From Macrostomum lignano (taxonomy: Eukaryota): a stretch of DNA of 64,000 nt. The position numbers and the translations under genes are program-made. The stretch is taken from NCBI GenBank assembly GCA_002269645.1, contig NIVC01002244.1, forward strand, positions 216,033-280,032, given 5' to 3'. Positions 48,160 through 59,688 of the stretch are shown piece by piece; position 1 is the stretch's first letter, and every line of letters begins with the position of its first letter. The notes under the pieces are model-generated. The model was not told the origin of the DNA and made no database searches. It worked only from the letters and a program-made list of their open reading frames with translations.

Positions 48160-50273
48160 AAGTGCTTATCCCCACATTCCCATGTCAATAATTCCAGTTT
48201 TATCCACATGGATCCATGTCAATAATTTCTAGGCCCTAGCTTATCCCCATGGCAGCTTATTAAAATAGCTAGGTTAGGCCTTACCACTATTCAAGTCTAT
48301 ATTTAATATAATAGGCTATGTCAATAATTCTAATTTTATCTATACAGATCTGTGTTGATACTTTTAAGCTTATCCCTTTGCCTGGGTTTTTTGTGGGTCA
48401 TATTGGGTTTTTTTTGAATTTTTGGCTCCTTTAAAATCTTATTGGCAACTAGATTTTGGCATCAGAGGCCAATTTGGCAACTATAATTGTCTGTGCCAGT
48501 TGCCAATTTCAAAAAATGTTTTTGTAAATGTAATAAAAGTGCCATGTGAATCAATATGATAGAATTATTATTTTATTATTGTATATTGTTTTCAGCATAG
48601 ATAGGCCTAGCAATCTTAGAGTTGAGAGAACAAATTTCTGCTTTTTTAACATAGTATGACAGTTAACTAGTGGACTCAAAATTAACTAACAAAGACAAAT
48701 ACAGCAAAGGCAAATTTTGTAGCAATAGCACTTGATGATAATAGTGAATGATGCGAGCAGTGGCTGCAGTTTTTATTTATTGTAACCATATGAGTGGATA
48801 GTTAGGGCTTGTTATTATCAATTCCATCTGGGCAGTTAATAGAGATAGGCCAGAGTATTTGTTGAATCTGTAAGGAATGCACTGGGTAGCTATACAACAA
48901 TAAGATAGATGATAGATGATAGAGCAAGTTGATAAGCCTGAGGCAATGGCGACAATATGATGGCAGTGATTGTGTGGCGGTGGTACTCATAGCAAGAACC
49001 CTTTACAGAATGGTAGTGGTGGCATGATTAAGAATTGGCAGTGGCAGTGGCGTGACTATGACTTGACAAAGGCATGGTTTAGAACTGTGGTAGAGTGAGG
49101 CAGAGAGAGAAAATGTAAACAAATAAACAAAGGTGTGAAAAACAAGGGTCTAACCCCAGGTGCCCCAGCCAGACAGGACTGATAAAGAGCAGGCTGGGAA
49201 TAGGTGTGCAAGGAGAGCTTAATTTCAAGCTAGCATAATTTATGCGTAGCTTTTCTATTGGCCAGCAAGAAAAACCAACTTGAAAACAGAAATTATCAAT
49301 CACATTATACAAAGGCTTTACAAATGCACACAATGTTGTTTAAAATTCTTTGGGCATTACTTTAAGTAGACATTAGAGTACAAGGCCACTCAATTAACAA
49401 TATTATAGATTGGCACTGCTTTCGCTAAAATGGCCCCTAACTATACCTAAAATATACCTCAACTGACAATGTTACAATAGCTTTAAAACATTGTCAGTCT
49501 TGGAGAATTTGGCTAATTGCGAATGGGCAACTGAAAATAGCTATTGGCAACTAGATTTTGAGCCCCAAGGACCAGCTAGCAACTGGATTTCTAACCTTAA
49601 AAAAACCTAGTCCCCATGGCAGCTTATTGGAATAGAGAACCTTAAAATGAATTTGTTTAAACTATTTTTTTGTTTTCACTGTTTTACAAATCTTCCAAAT
49701 AAAATACTGGATACTAAATAGTATCAAATAGGGCCTACTTTGTTTAAACTTTTTTGTCATTAAAAAGGTTAATTTTAAATATTTGTTTAGTTGCCAGTGT
49801 CACTTAGAAAGATTAAACAACCCTTAGATTAAGACAAATAAGGATTGCAAAATTCAAAATTCAAAATATAATAATAATACTAATAATAATAACAATATTG
49901 ATTTTGGATAGAGAGTTAGCAAGATATTAAAATGACATTGTCATACTATGGCACTGGCAATTTAATGGAAAGTCACACAGCATTGTATATTTTAAGCTAC
50001 ACCATGTATGTTATAATAAAAAAAACTAGTAGCATCATTTAAAATCAGTATATAAACTAAACAAACAACTGCACAATCTTAGCCATGGGGATAAGCTAAA
50101 AATTATTGACATGGATCCTTATGGATAAAATTGGAATTATTGACATGGCATATAGACTTAAATAGTGGCAGCTATTTTAATAAGCTGCTATGGGGATAAG
50201 CTGGAAATTATTGACACAGATCCATATAGATAAAATTTGAATTATTGGCATGAGACTTTAAAGATAAGCACTT
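48160..50273. mobile_element. Foldback-like non-autonomous element (~2.1 kb) with ~200-bp internally repetitive inverted ends
   Basis: 48160-48370 is a degenerate reverse complement of 50081-50273. Both are built from CTTATCCCCAT and ATGTCAATAATT motifs. Internal direct repeats TATTGGCAACTAGATTTT at ~48440 and ~49543. Confidence 0.7.
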
Positions 50274-51272
50274 TCATAAAAAATACATGGAAGGCCTAGG
50301 TTCAATTGATTTTCAAAATCAATTGACAATATTATAAACCCATTGGTATTACTACCATTGGCATTGACATAGGCAAGGATAAACTATTTTTGGGCTTGGT
50401 CATACCCAAAAAGGTAGGCCTCTAGGCCTAACCTTTTTGTTTTTTATTATTTTTATTGAACATTAAAGTCAGAATCATTCATGTCCTTAATTCCTAGATC
50501 TAGGTAGACTAGGTCTATAAAAATATTATATATAAATATTGGGATTCTGAGATTTAGAAAGTTTTTTTTTGTAATTTTTGTTTTGATTTAATAAATTTAT
50601 TTGTTTAAGTAAAATAAAAAGACAACTTGTTCTTAAAAATGGCAGTTGTTGGGCTTATTGTTATGGTAGCCCCTCTATTATATAAATACTGAAACAGTTA
50701 GGCCTATTTTTAAGGTCAATTAAGGTCAACAAATAAGACTATCTGGGCTGAAGCAATTAGGGTTTGAACTCAATGTAAACTTATAAATTGCAAAGCAATT
50801 ATTTTATAGTCACTATATATGAAGCAAAATAGCTATTTTTAGGCCTTATAGGTCTAGTTATAGTTGAAAAGGCTTCATTTACATTAATAATTAACAATTG
50901 TATTTAAGCTAGTCTAGCTAAAAATTAGCTAAAAATAGCTAAAAACGAATTAGCAGCTATTGTTTTTGTTATAAATAGTAAAATAGTTGTTTTCATAGTC
51001 ATTAAACAAAACAAATATGCTTATAGTATCTTAGTTTAAAGCAATACATTAATTTAACATCTAAATATTGAATCAATTATTTTTTAGTCATCCCCATATG
51101 ACTAAATAGAATCACCATTTTTTAGAGATTTTAGGATAGGATATTAGGATCTTATTCTATAGGCAGATTAGTTAAAATTTAAAAAGAATAGAAATCTATA
51201 AATCTAATCATAAGAACTTAAACTACAAAAATAATATAATAAGCATTTTGCTTGGAAAAATAAACTGACACT

Positions 51273-51350
51273 GCAATTATGACAACAAAGCTGAAAGCCT
51301 GCTGAGCCAGCTGCAGCCTAGCTTCAAGCAGGACAAGCTTGACAAAATGC
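51273..51350 (+). pseudogene. Orphan duplicated fragment of ADA2B exon 2
   Basis: 78-bp ungapped match to 52581-52658 (DYDNEAESLLCQLQPSFEQDELDN-coding), located ~290 bp upstream of the gene's ATG. Confidence 0.85.
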
Positions 51351-51635
51351 CACTTTATGATGATAAAGTTAATGTTAATTATGCACACTATGACATAAGA
51401 AGCAGGCTTTTTTGCCTTAATTGTCACATTCCAAGGCAGTCCTTTAAAGCATCTGCTAAGATATATAGCCTAATATAAGATTTATATTAAGCTTTCAAAC
51501 TTGTAGTGCAAAAATCCTAATTAATATTTAATGATCAGCAGAAAAGTATCTTATAACATGAGAAACATAATTGGTATTATTGGTATTGCATATTATAAAA
51601 TATATTAATATCTGCTGCTCAAGCTGTCAACAACC

Positions 51636-54600
51636 ATGGATGAAATTGACCCTGATGCATGTCGTTACTGCCTGCGACGCTTGCGTTCGCCCTACATCGC
51701 CTGCTCTGACTGCCGCTTGCCGTCTCACCCGGCTCTGCAGCAGCAGCAGCAGCAGCAGAAGCGCAGGATTGTTCGCCTATGCGTTCGCTGCTTCGCCAGC
51801 GGAGCCGAGGCTGGCAAGCACTCGCGTCGTCATGACTACCGATTAGAGACAGTGCGCGACTGGGAGAAGCAAGCGATTTTCCATCCGGCCACTGACGCCG
51901 CCGCCGCTCATTGGTCCTTCGATGAGGAGACCCGCCTGCTGGATTCTATCGACGTTTATGGCGTCGGCAATTGGAGCGACGTTGCGTCGAAAGTTGATGG
52001 TAGAACTAGCGATCAGTGCATTGAGCACTACTCTAAGTATTATATGCGCGGTGTTATCGGGGCCAAGACTTTTTTGCCTGTTGCTGCCTCCGCAGCCACT
52101 ACAGTTGCTGAGGAAAAGCCGCTGGAGATACCGCTGGGTCAAGTTGAAGACTTGACAGCTGCGCCTGGGGCGCCTCTGTCACCGTCACTGTTTCAGGTAC
52201 TTTTGCTTGAGACCCTAATTAATTAGTTACTGCTGCACTGATCCCATTTCAACCCGTACCCCACTAATTTGCCCCACACTTATCAATTAATCCCATACCC
52301 TATAAATCCCATATTCACTGAGTGATCCATCCCATACACCTATCAATCAAACATTGATCATCCCATACCATCATAAATTCCACACTGCTGTTCATCCCAT
52401 AATTGATAAATCCCACACTGAGCATCCCATACCCCATAAATCCCACACTGAGCATCCCATACCCCATAAATCCCATACTGAGCATCCCATAATCCATCTC
52501 ACAGGCCCTGCCGCCGGCCGACCTGACTCAGGAGGAGGCCCAGCTGCTCGGCTTTATGCCTCTACGAGGCGATTTCGAACGCGACTATGACAATGAAGCT
52601 GAAAGCTTGCTGTGCCAGCTGCAGCCCAGCTTCGAGCAGGACGAGCTCGACAACGCGCTGCGCGTAGCCCAAATCGACATGTACACCGGCCGGCTGCAGG
52701 AGCGACAGCGTCGGAAACTGATTGCTGCTAGGCACGGCCTGCTGCACCAGGCTATGCGCTGCATCCTGGCCAGGGGGGTCGGCGGCCGTCCACCCGCCTC
52801 AGCCCCGTCTGTTGGCCCCAGCCCGGGGCCTCGGAGGCGGCACGCCGTCAACTACAATGCGTTAGACGTTGACGATCGATTGAAGCCATTCCTGCGGTAT
52901 CTGGGGTCAGCCGAGGCCAGGCAGTTCTTGGCCGGCGTGGAACGGGAGGAACGGCTTAAATGGGAGATTAGTCAGCTGTTGAGACTGCGGACTGCCGGAG
53001 CGAAACGCCTGCCGGGTGAGTTACCGCGTCAGTTGGCGCCATTGGCTTCCTGTCAGTTGGCGTCATTGGCTTCCCTGTCAGTTGGCGCCATTGGCTTCCC
53101 TGTCAGTTGGCGCCATTGGCTTCCCTGTCAGTTGGCGCCATTGGCTTCCTTGTCAGTTGGCACCATTGGCTTCCCAGTCAGTTGGCGCCATTCTCTCACG
53201 TGTCAGTTGGCGCCATTGGCTTCCTTGTCAGCTGGCGCCATTCTCTCACGTGTCAGTTGGCGCCATTGGCTTCCTTGTCAGCTGGCGCCATTCTCTCACG
53301 TGTCAGTTGGCGCCATTGGCTTCCCAGTCAGTTGGCGCCATTGGCTTCCTTGTCAGTTGGCGTCATTGGCTTCCTTGTCAGCTGGCGCCATTCTCTCACG
53401 TGTCAGTTGGCGCCACTGGCTTCCCAGTCAGTTGGCGCCACTGGCTTCCCTGTCAGTTGGCGCCATTGGCTTCCTTGTCAGTTGGCGCCATTGGCTTCCT
53501 TGTCAGTTGGCGCCATTTGCTTCCTTGTCAGTTGGCGCCATTTGCTTCCTTGTCAGTTGCCGCCCTTCTCTTCCGTATCATGTGGCACCATTCTCTCTGT
53601 TGTCAGCTGGCGCCATTATTTCCTGTATCGGTTGGCGCCATTCTTTCCCGTATCAATTGGCGCCATTTTGTCTCGTGTCAGTTGGCGCCATTGGCTTCCC
53701 AGTGGTTTTCGTTATTTTTTTATTGGCGCTGCTTTCTGAAATTCCGGTTTTTGAGCAGCATAAAAAATCCAATTACAATTTTCATCTAATAAGCGTGTTT
53801 TATTACTTACAACAACCCCCCATTCAGTAGCATTATAAGTTAATCGATTTTTTCCGCAGTCGATTTCTTCCCGCCGGCCAGCGCACTCGCTGCCACTAAT
53901 GGCGGTGGCGGCCGTGGCCGAGGCCGGCCCCCCGCCTCCGCTACGCTGACCTCGAGCTCGTCTCGGCTGCCGTATTCTCAGCAGCATGAGCGGCATCAAT
54001 TAGTTCGGTGCCATCGCTGGTTCCTGCCAGTGTCAGTCTGCTCAGTATGGCAGCAGCATCATCTGCATCGGCGAAGGGACGGCGGCAGCTCGCAGGATGG
54101 CGTTGATGGTCATCAGCATCGGCTGCAGCTGCGTGAGCATCAGCAGCAGCGACTGCATCGTCGGGGCGGACGTCGGCAGCAAGATCATCAGGTGTCTGAC
54201 CAGCTTGTATCACCCGAGCTCGATCGAACTAATGGTGAGCTTCTGGAATGGGTGTCCATGATGATGGAATAGGTGTCCATGATGATGGAATGGGTGTCCA
54301 TGATGATGGAATGGGTGTCCATGATGTTGGAATGGTAGTCCATGATGCTGGAGCTGAAATAGGTGTCCATGACGATGGAATAGGTGTTGATGTTGGGGCA
54401 GGTGTCCATGATGTTTGAATAGTAGTCCATGATGCTTGAATGGTAGTCCATGATGCTGGAGCTGAAATAGGTGTCCATGACGATGGAATAGGTGTCCATA
54501 ATGCTAGAGTAGGTGTCCATGATGCTGGAATAGGTATCCATGATGCTGGAATAGGTGTCCATGATGATAGAATAGGTATCCATGATGCTGGAATAGGTGT

Positions 54601-55983
54601 CCATGATGCTGGAATAGGTGTCCATAATGATGGAATAGGTGTCCATGATGCTGGAATAGGTGTCCATGATGATAGAATAGGTATCCATGATGCTGGAATA
54701 GGTGTCCATGATGCTAGAATAGTTGTCCATGATGATGGAATAGGTGTCCATGATGATGGAATAGGTGTCCATGATGATAGAATAGGTATCCATGATGCTG
54801 GAATAGGTATCCATGATGCTGGAATAGGTGTCCATGATGATAGAATGTATCCATGATGCTGGAATAGGTATCCATGATGCTGGAATAGGTGTCCATGATG
54901 CTGGAATAGGTGTCCATGATGATAGAATAGGTGTCCATGATGCTGGAATAGGTGTCCATGATGATAGAATAGGTATCCATGATGCTGGAATAGGTGTCCA
55001 TGATGCTGGAATAGGTGTCCATGATGATGGAATAGGTGTCCATGATGCTGGAATAGGTGTCCATGATGATGGAATAGGTGTCCATGATGATGGAATAGGT
55101 GTCCATGATGCTGGAATAGGTGTCCATGATGCTGGAATAGGTGTCCATGATGCTGGAATAGGTGTCCATGATGCTGGAATATGTGTCCATGATGCTGGAA
55201 TAGGTGTCCATGATGATAGAATAGGTATCCATGATGCTGGAATAGGTGTCCATGATGCTGGAATAGATGTCCATGATGCTGGAATAGGTGTCCATGATGC
55301 TGGAATAGGTGTCCATGATGCTGGAATAGGTGTCCATGATGCTGGAATAGGTGTCCATGATGATAGAATGTATCCATGATGCTGGAATAGGTGTCCATGA
55401 TGCTGGAATAGGTGTTCATGATGATAGAATAGGTGTCCATGATGCTGGAATAGGTGTCCATGATGATAGAATAGGTATCCATGATGCTGGAATAGGTGTC
55501 CATGATGCTGGAATAGGTGTCCATGATGCTGGAATAGGTGTCCATGATGCTGGAATAGGTGTCCATGATGCTGGAATAGGTGTCCATGATGCTGGAATAG
55601 GTGTCCATGATGCTGGAATAGGTGTCCATGATGCTGGAATAGGTGTCCATGATGCTGGAATAGGTGTCCATGATGCTGGAATAGGTGTCCATGATGCTGG
55701 AATAAGAATCGTATGTCCATTTAAAATCAGCTTCGTCACATTTCCAGGCTTAACAATCAAGGTAACGCGGCGCAACGGGCACTGCCTGAACGGGTTCGGC
55801 TCCTATCGGGTGTCCCCAGTCAAGCTGTCCGCCCTTCGTCGGGGCTTCGCTTCCGATTCTGCTTCCGCGAGCGCGGCCGCTGGCGCAGCTTCCGGTGGCG
55901 CGTCGGCGCCCGCGGCGCCCAAGCGTCGGCACCGTCACAAGACCCGGTTCGCGCACAAGAAGTCGCGCACAAGTAGGTCTTGA
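51636..55983 (+). CDS. TADA2B: Transcriptional adapter 2-beta-like (ADA2B, SAGA HAT module), ~560 aa
   Basis: Exons 51636-52196, 52505-53015, 53860-54234, 55748-55983 (GT-AG, in phase). ZZ finger (CRYC...CSDC...CVRCFASGAEAGKHSRRHDY), SANT domain (WSFDEETRLLDSIDVYGVGNWSDVA) and ADA box (LGFMPLRGDFERDYDNEAE...DMYTGRLQERQRRK). Exons 3-4 and the stop are less certain. Confidence 0.85.
52370..52495. repeat. 30-bp repeat (~4 copies) at the 3' end of ADA2B intron 1
   Basis: AAATCCCACACTGAGCATCCCATACCCCAT repeated up to the acceptor. Confidence 0.85.
53028..53702. repeat. ~25-bp minisatellite in ADA2B intron 2
   Basis: Unit GTCAGTTGGCGCCATTGGCTTCCYT and a CATTCTCTCACGT variant, ~27 copies, starting ~12 nt after the donor. 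Confidence 0.94.
54245..55704. repeat. 21-bp minisatellite filling ADA2B intron 3
   Basis: Unit GGAATAGGTGTCCATGATGCT, ~69 copies. Confidence 0.96.
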
Positions 55984-56074
55984 ATACTGGCCGAGTTAAA
56001 ATTGCAATGATTTGTTTAACTGCATTGTCCTTTTTTGGTATCTCTGTGTCTGTCTCTTGCAGACTTGTTGCTCT

Positions 56075-56815
56075 GTTTTCTATTTCTCCCCCATCTATCT
56101 TTCTATTTCTCCCCCGTCTATCTTTCTGTTTCTCCCCCATCTATCACTCTATTTCTCTCCCTATCTATCATTCTATGTCTCCCCATCTATCTTTCTATTT
56201 CTCCCCCATCTGTCTTTCTATTTCTCCCCCATCTGTCTTTCTATTTCTCCCCCATCTGTCTTTCTATTTCTCCCCCCATCTGTCTTTCTATTTCTCCCCC
56301 CCATCTATCTTTCTATTTCTCTCCCCATCTGTCTTTCTATTTCTCCCCCATCTGTCATTCTATTTCTCCCCCCCATCTATCTTTCTATTTCTCTCCCCAT
56401 CTGTCTTTCTATTTCTCCCCCATCTGTCATTCTATTTCTCCCCCCATCTATCTTTCTATTTCTCTCCCCATCTGTCTTTCTATTTCTCCCCCATCTGTCT
56501 TTCTATTTCTCCCCCATCTATCATTATTTTTCTCCCCCCATCTGTCTTTCTATTTCTCCCCCATCTGTCTTTCTATTTCTCCCCCATCTATCATTATATT
56601 TCTCCCCCCATCTGTCTTTCTATTTCTCCCCCATCTGTCTTTCTATTTCTCCCCCATCTATCATTATATTTCTCCCCCCATCTGTCTTTCTATTTCTCCC
56701 CCCCATCTATCTTTCTATTTCTCCCCCCATCTGTCATCCTTTTTCTCCCCCCATCTGTCTTTTTATTTCTCCCCCATCTGTCATTCTATTTCTCCCCCGT
56801 CTATCTTTCTTTTTC
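56075..56815. repeat. Pyrimidine-rich ~23-24-bp minisatellite downstream of the predicted ADA2B stop
   Basis: Unit TCTATTTCTCCCCCATCTGTCTT with variable C-run. Confidence 0.93.
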
Positions 56816-57604
56816 CTATGGTTTCTGCTTCTATTTCTTAATCTCATGTTTCAGTAGTTTAAAATCCTTTAATAATAAGTTAAAAGTTTAAAATCCCTTT
56901 TTACATCTGTTTCCAGTGTCCCTTACTGATTTGCCAGTTTAGTTAATAAAAAAGAATGGCATGTTCCATGCTAGCTGCTCAATAGGTCTAACTTTAGTAG
57001 TATTCAACGAAAGCATGCTAGTGGTATATGAATTATTAATAAATAAGCTATTTAATTACTTTGACATGCTAGCTTAATACTCCCAGATCGTTGAATACGT
57101 TTTAGAAAGTATTATTATAGTTCACTACTACTTGCTTGCCTGTCCAAGTAGTCAGAGGGAATTTTTGTTACTTTAGTGCAGCCTTGTTTGTTATATTTGT
57201 TGTTAATGAAAATGTACTATATGTGTACATTACCGTGGCATTAATATATTGCTGTATTACTTGTCAAAACTTTTGTACCTGTGTACACTTGTGACTTGCA
57301 TTATTTTTCATCTAATATTATCATTAGAAATAATTGTTAATTAATATTTGAGGCATTTTTTGTAATAAATAAACTCTTCAACCGGAGATCTGTTCCATCT
57401 GGACGGAGGTTAATTGTTGTCCTCTGAGCTTGCTGTCCACAAGTCTGTATAGTTTATCAGCCCATGCTACTGTTTGCTACAATTAATTAAATTGCATACG
57501 GACGCTTCTAATATAACAAAACAAAAAAATATAGTTTTTTTTTTACTTTTATTATTTGTTTATCTTGCAATCGGGAAATTCAAAACACAGTCGGAATTTA
57601 TTTT

Positions 57605-58490
57605 TGGTCACTCAGCAGACAGTGTGGGCTAATTAATGTGTCAGATTGGTCACTCAGCAGACAGTGTGTGCTAATTAATGTGTCAGATTGGTCACTCAGC
57701 AGACAGTTTGGGCTAATTAATGTGTCAGATTGGTCACTCAGCAGACAGTTTGGGCTAATTAATGTGTCAGATTGGTCACTCAGCAGACAGTGTGTGCTAA
57801 TTAATGTGTCTGATTGGTCACTCAGCAGACAGTGTGTGCTAATTAATGTGTCAGATTGGTCACTCAGCAGACAGTGTGTGCTAATTAATGTGTCTGATTG
57901 GTCACTCAGCAGACTGATTGTGTGTGTGCTAATTAATGTGTCAGATTGGTCACTCAGCAGACAGTGTGTGCTAATTAATGTGTCTGATTGGTCACTCAGC
58001 AGACAGTGTGTGCTAATTAATGTGTCAGATTGGTCACTCAGCAGACAGTGTGTGCTAATTAATGTCTTATTGGTCACTCAGCAGACAGTGTGTGCTAATT
58101 AATGTGTCTGATTGGTCACTCAGCAGACAGTGTTTGCTAATTAATGTGTCTGATTGGTCACTCAGCAGACAGTGTGTGCTAATTAATGTGTCTGATTGGT
58201 CACTCAGCAGACAGTGTGTGCTAATTAATGTGTCAGATTGGTCACTCAGCAGACAGTGTGTGCTAATTAATGTGTCAGATTGGTCACTCAGCAGACAGTT
58301 TGGGCTAATTAATGTGTCAGATTGGTCACTCAGCAGACACAGTGTGGGCTAATTAATGTGTCAGATTGGTCACTCAGCAGACTGATAGTGTGTGCTAATT
58401 AATGTGTCTGATTGGTCACTCAGCAGACTGATTGTGTGTGTGCTAATTAATGTGTCTGATTGGTCACTCAGCAGACTGATTGTTTGTGCT
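57605..58490. repeat. 42-bp minisatellite
   Basis: Unit GGTCACTCAGCAGACAGTGTGTGCTAATTAATGTGTCAGATT, ~21 copies. Confidence 0.95.
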
Positions 58491-59688
58491 ATACACCATT
58501 TGCTGTCACTCAGTAGACTGGTCTTACACACTAAATTATGGCAGAGACGGTATCTCATTCAGTAATAAAGAGCAGCAGGAATGCCAGCTAGGCGTCACTC
58601 TTATCTAGCTACTAATTTCGCCGCTTGCTGTTTGAGTAAATTGAAAAAGGTCTACGCCGATTCAAAGAATTCTGTGGCAAATAAAGCACGGAGCTAGTTG
58701 GAAGTAGAAAGTGCCGCAATGGTTGGATCAGCTATGCCTACGAGGTGTACTCGTAGCAAACGCCTCTGCAATTCTGGAGCGTAAAAGGCGTCGTTGCATG
58801 GCAGCGCTAAAGCAGTATACCATGGTGCAACCTGAATCGCGACTATACACAGTCGACTGTTTTGCATCGGCACTCTTGCACTCCAGAATTTCTAAGAAAT
58901 GAAAGATTAATTCCAACTATAGATAGTGCCAGTACTGTACGTAGCTGTGTCAGCTTGTTTTTTTCAGTACTTACGCTTATCTTTACAGTCATACAGTTGC
59001 TAAAAACCTACATATTTGCGACTCACTCAACGTCTCATCTCTAAGACCTTGTGGGTAGCGTATTTTGTTAGTTGGCAAAAACTATGTAAATGAAGCACCG
59101 ATGCATGTCTCACATTTTTAGTGGGCTTTAACTTTGAGAGGTTGATCAATATTAGGACATGTATAAGATAACGTTCGATGTTGCTTGTTCTTTCACATGT
59201 AATCTGATGAATAATCAACTTGTTTGCGAGAAAGTCGTTTCACTTTGCGTCTCTTGTATGTTCGCCATTCTTACCAGAATTTGAACGCACTCCGCTAGCT
59301 AACAACTTAAGCGATTTCAACCATATGCGATTAAATTTTTGTAAAACCCAGCTGGTGAAAAAAGCAGACTTGATAAATTCTGCTCAGGATGCAGCAATAA
59401 AAGAAATATACCGCCTGCGGGGCAACGCCAATCTTGACTCACAAAGTTTTTAGTTAGCACAAAAACTACGCAGTCAGCAAAAGGCAAGAAGGGTACAAAG
59501 ACTCAAAACACGAGTTGATACCCCGGTCAACGCCACGCCGAAAGATAAGCCGCGACTTCTTAATGACGAATTCACAAAATGGGCAGGCCAAAATTAAACA
59601 GGACCTCAGCACTAAAATTCTGAACTGAAAAAGTCTTTCTGAACAGCACTGCAACCTGAATGCAAAGGCAGAGATCACAACCGAGAGA

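Noticed and set aside
53016-58352. Repetitive ORFs (HHGHLFQ, MDTYSSI, SPPSVFLFL, LSDQSDT)
   Set aside because: These are artefacts of the 25-, 21-, 23- and 42-bp arrays. Two of the arrays lie within ADA2B introns.
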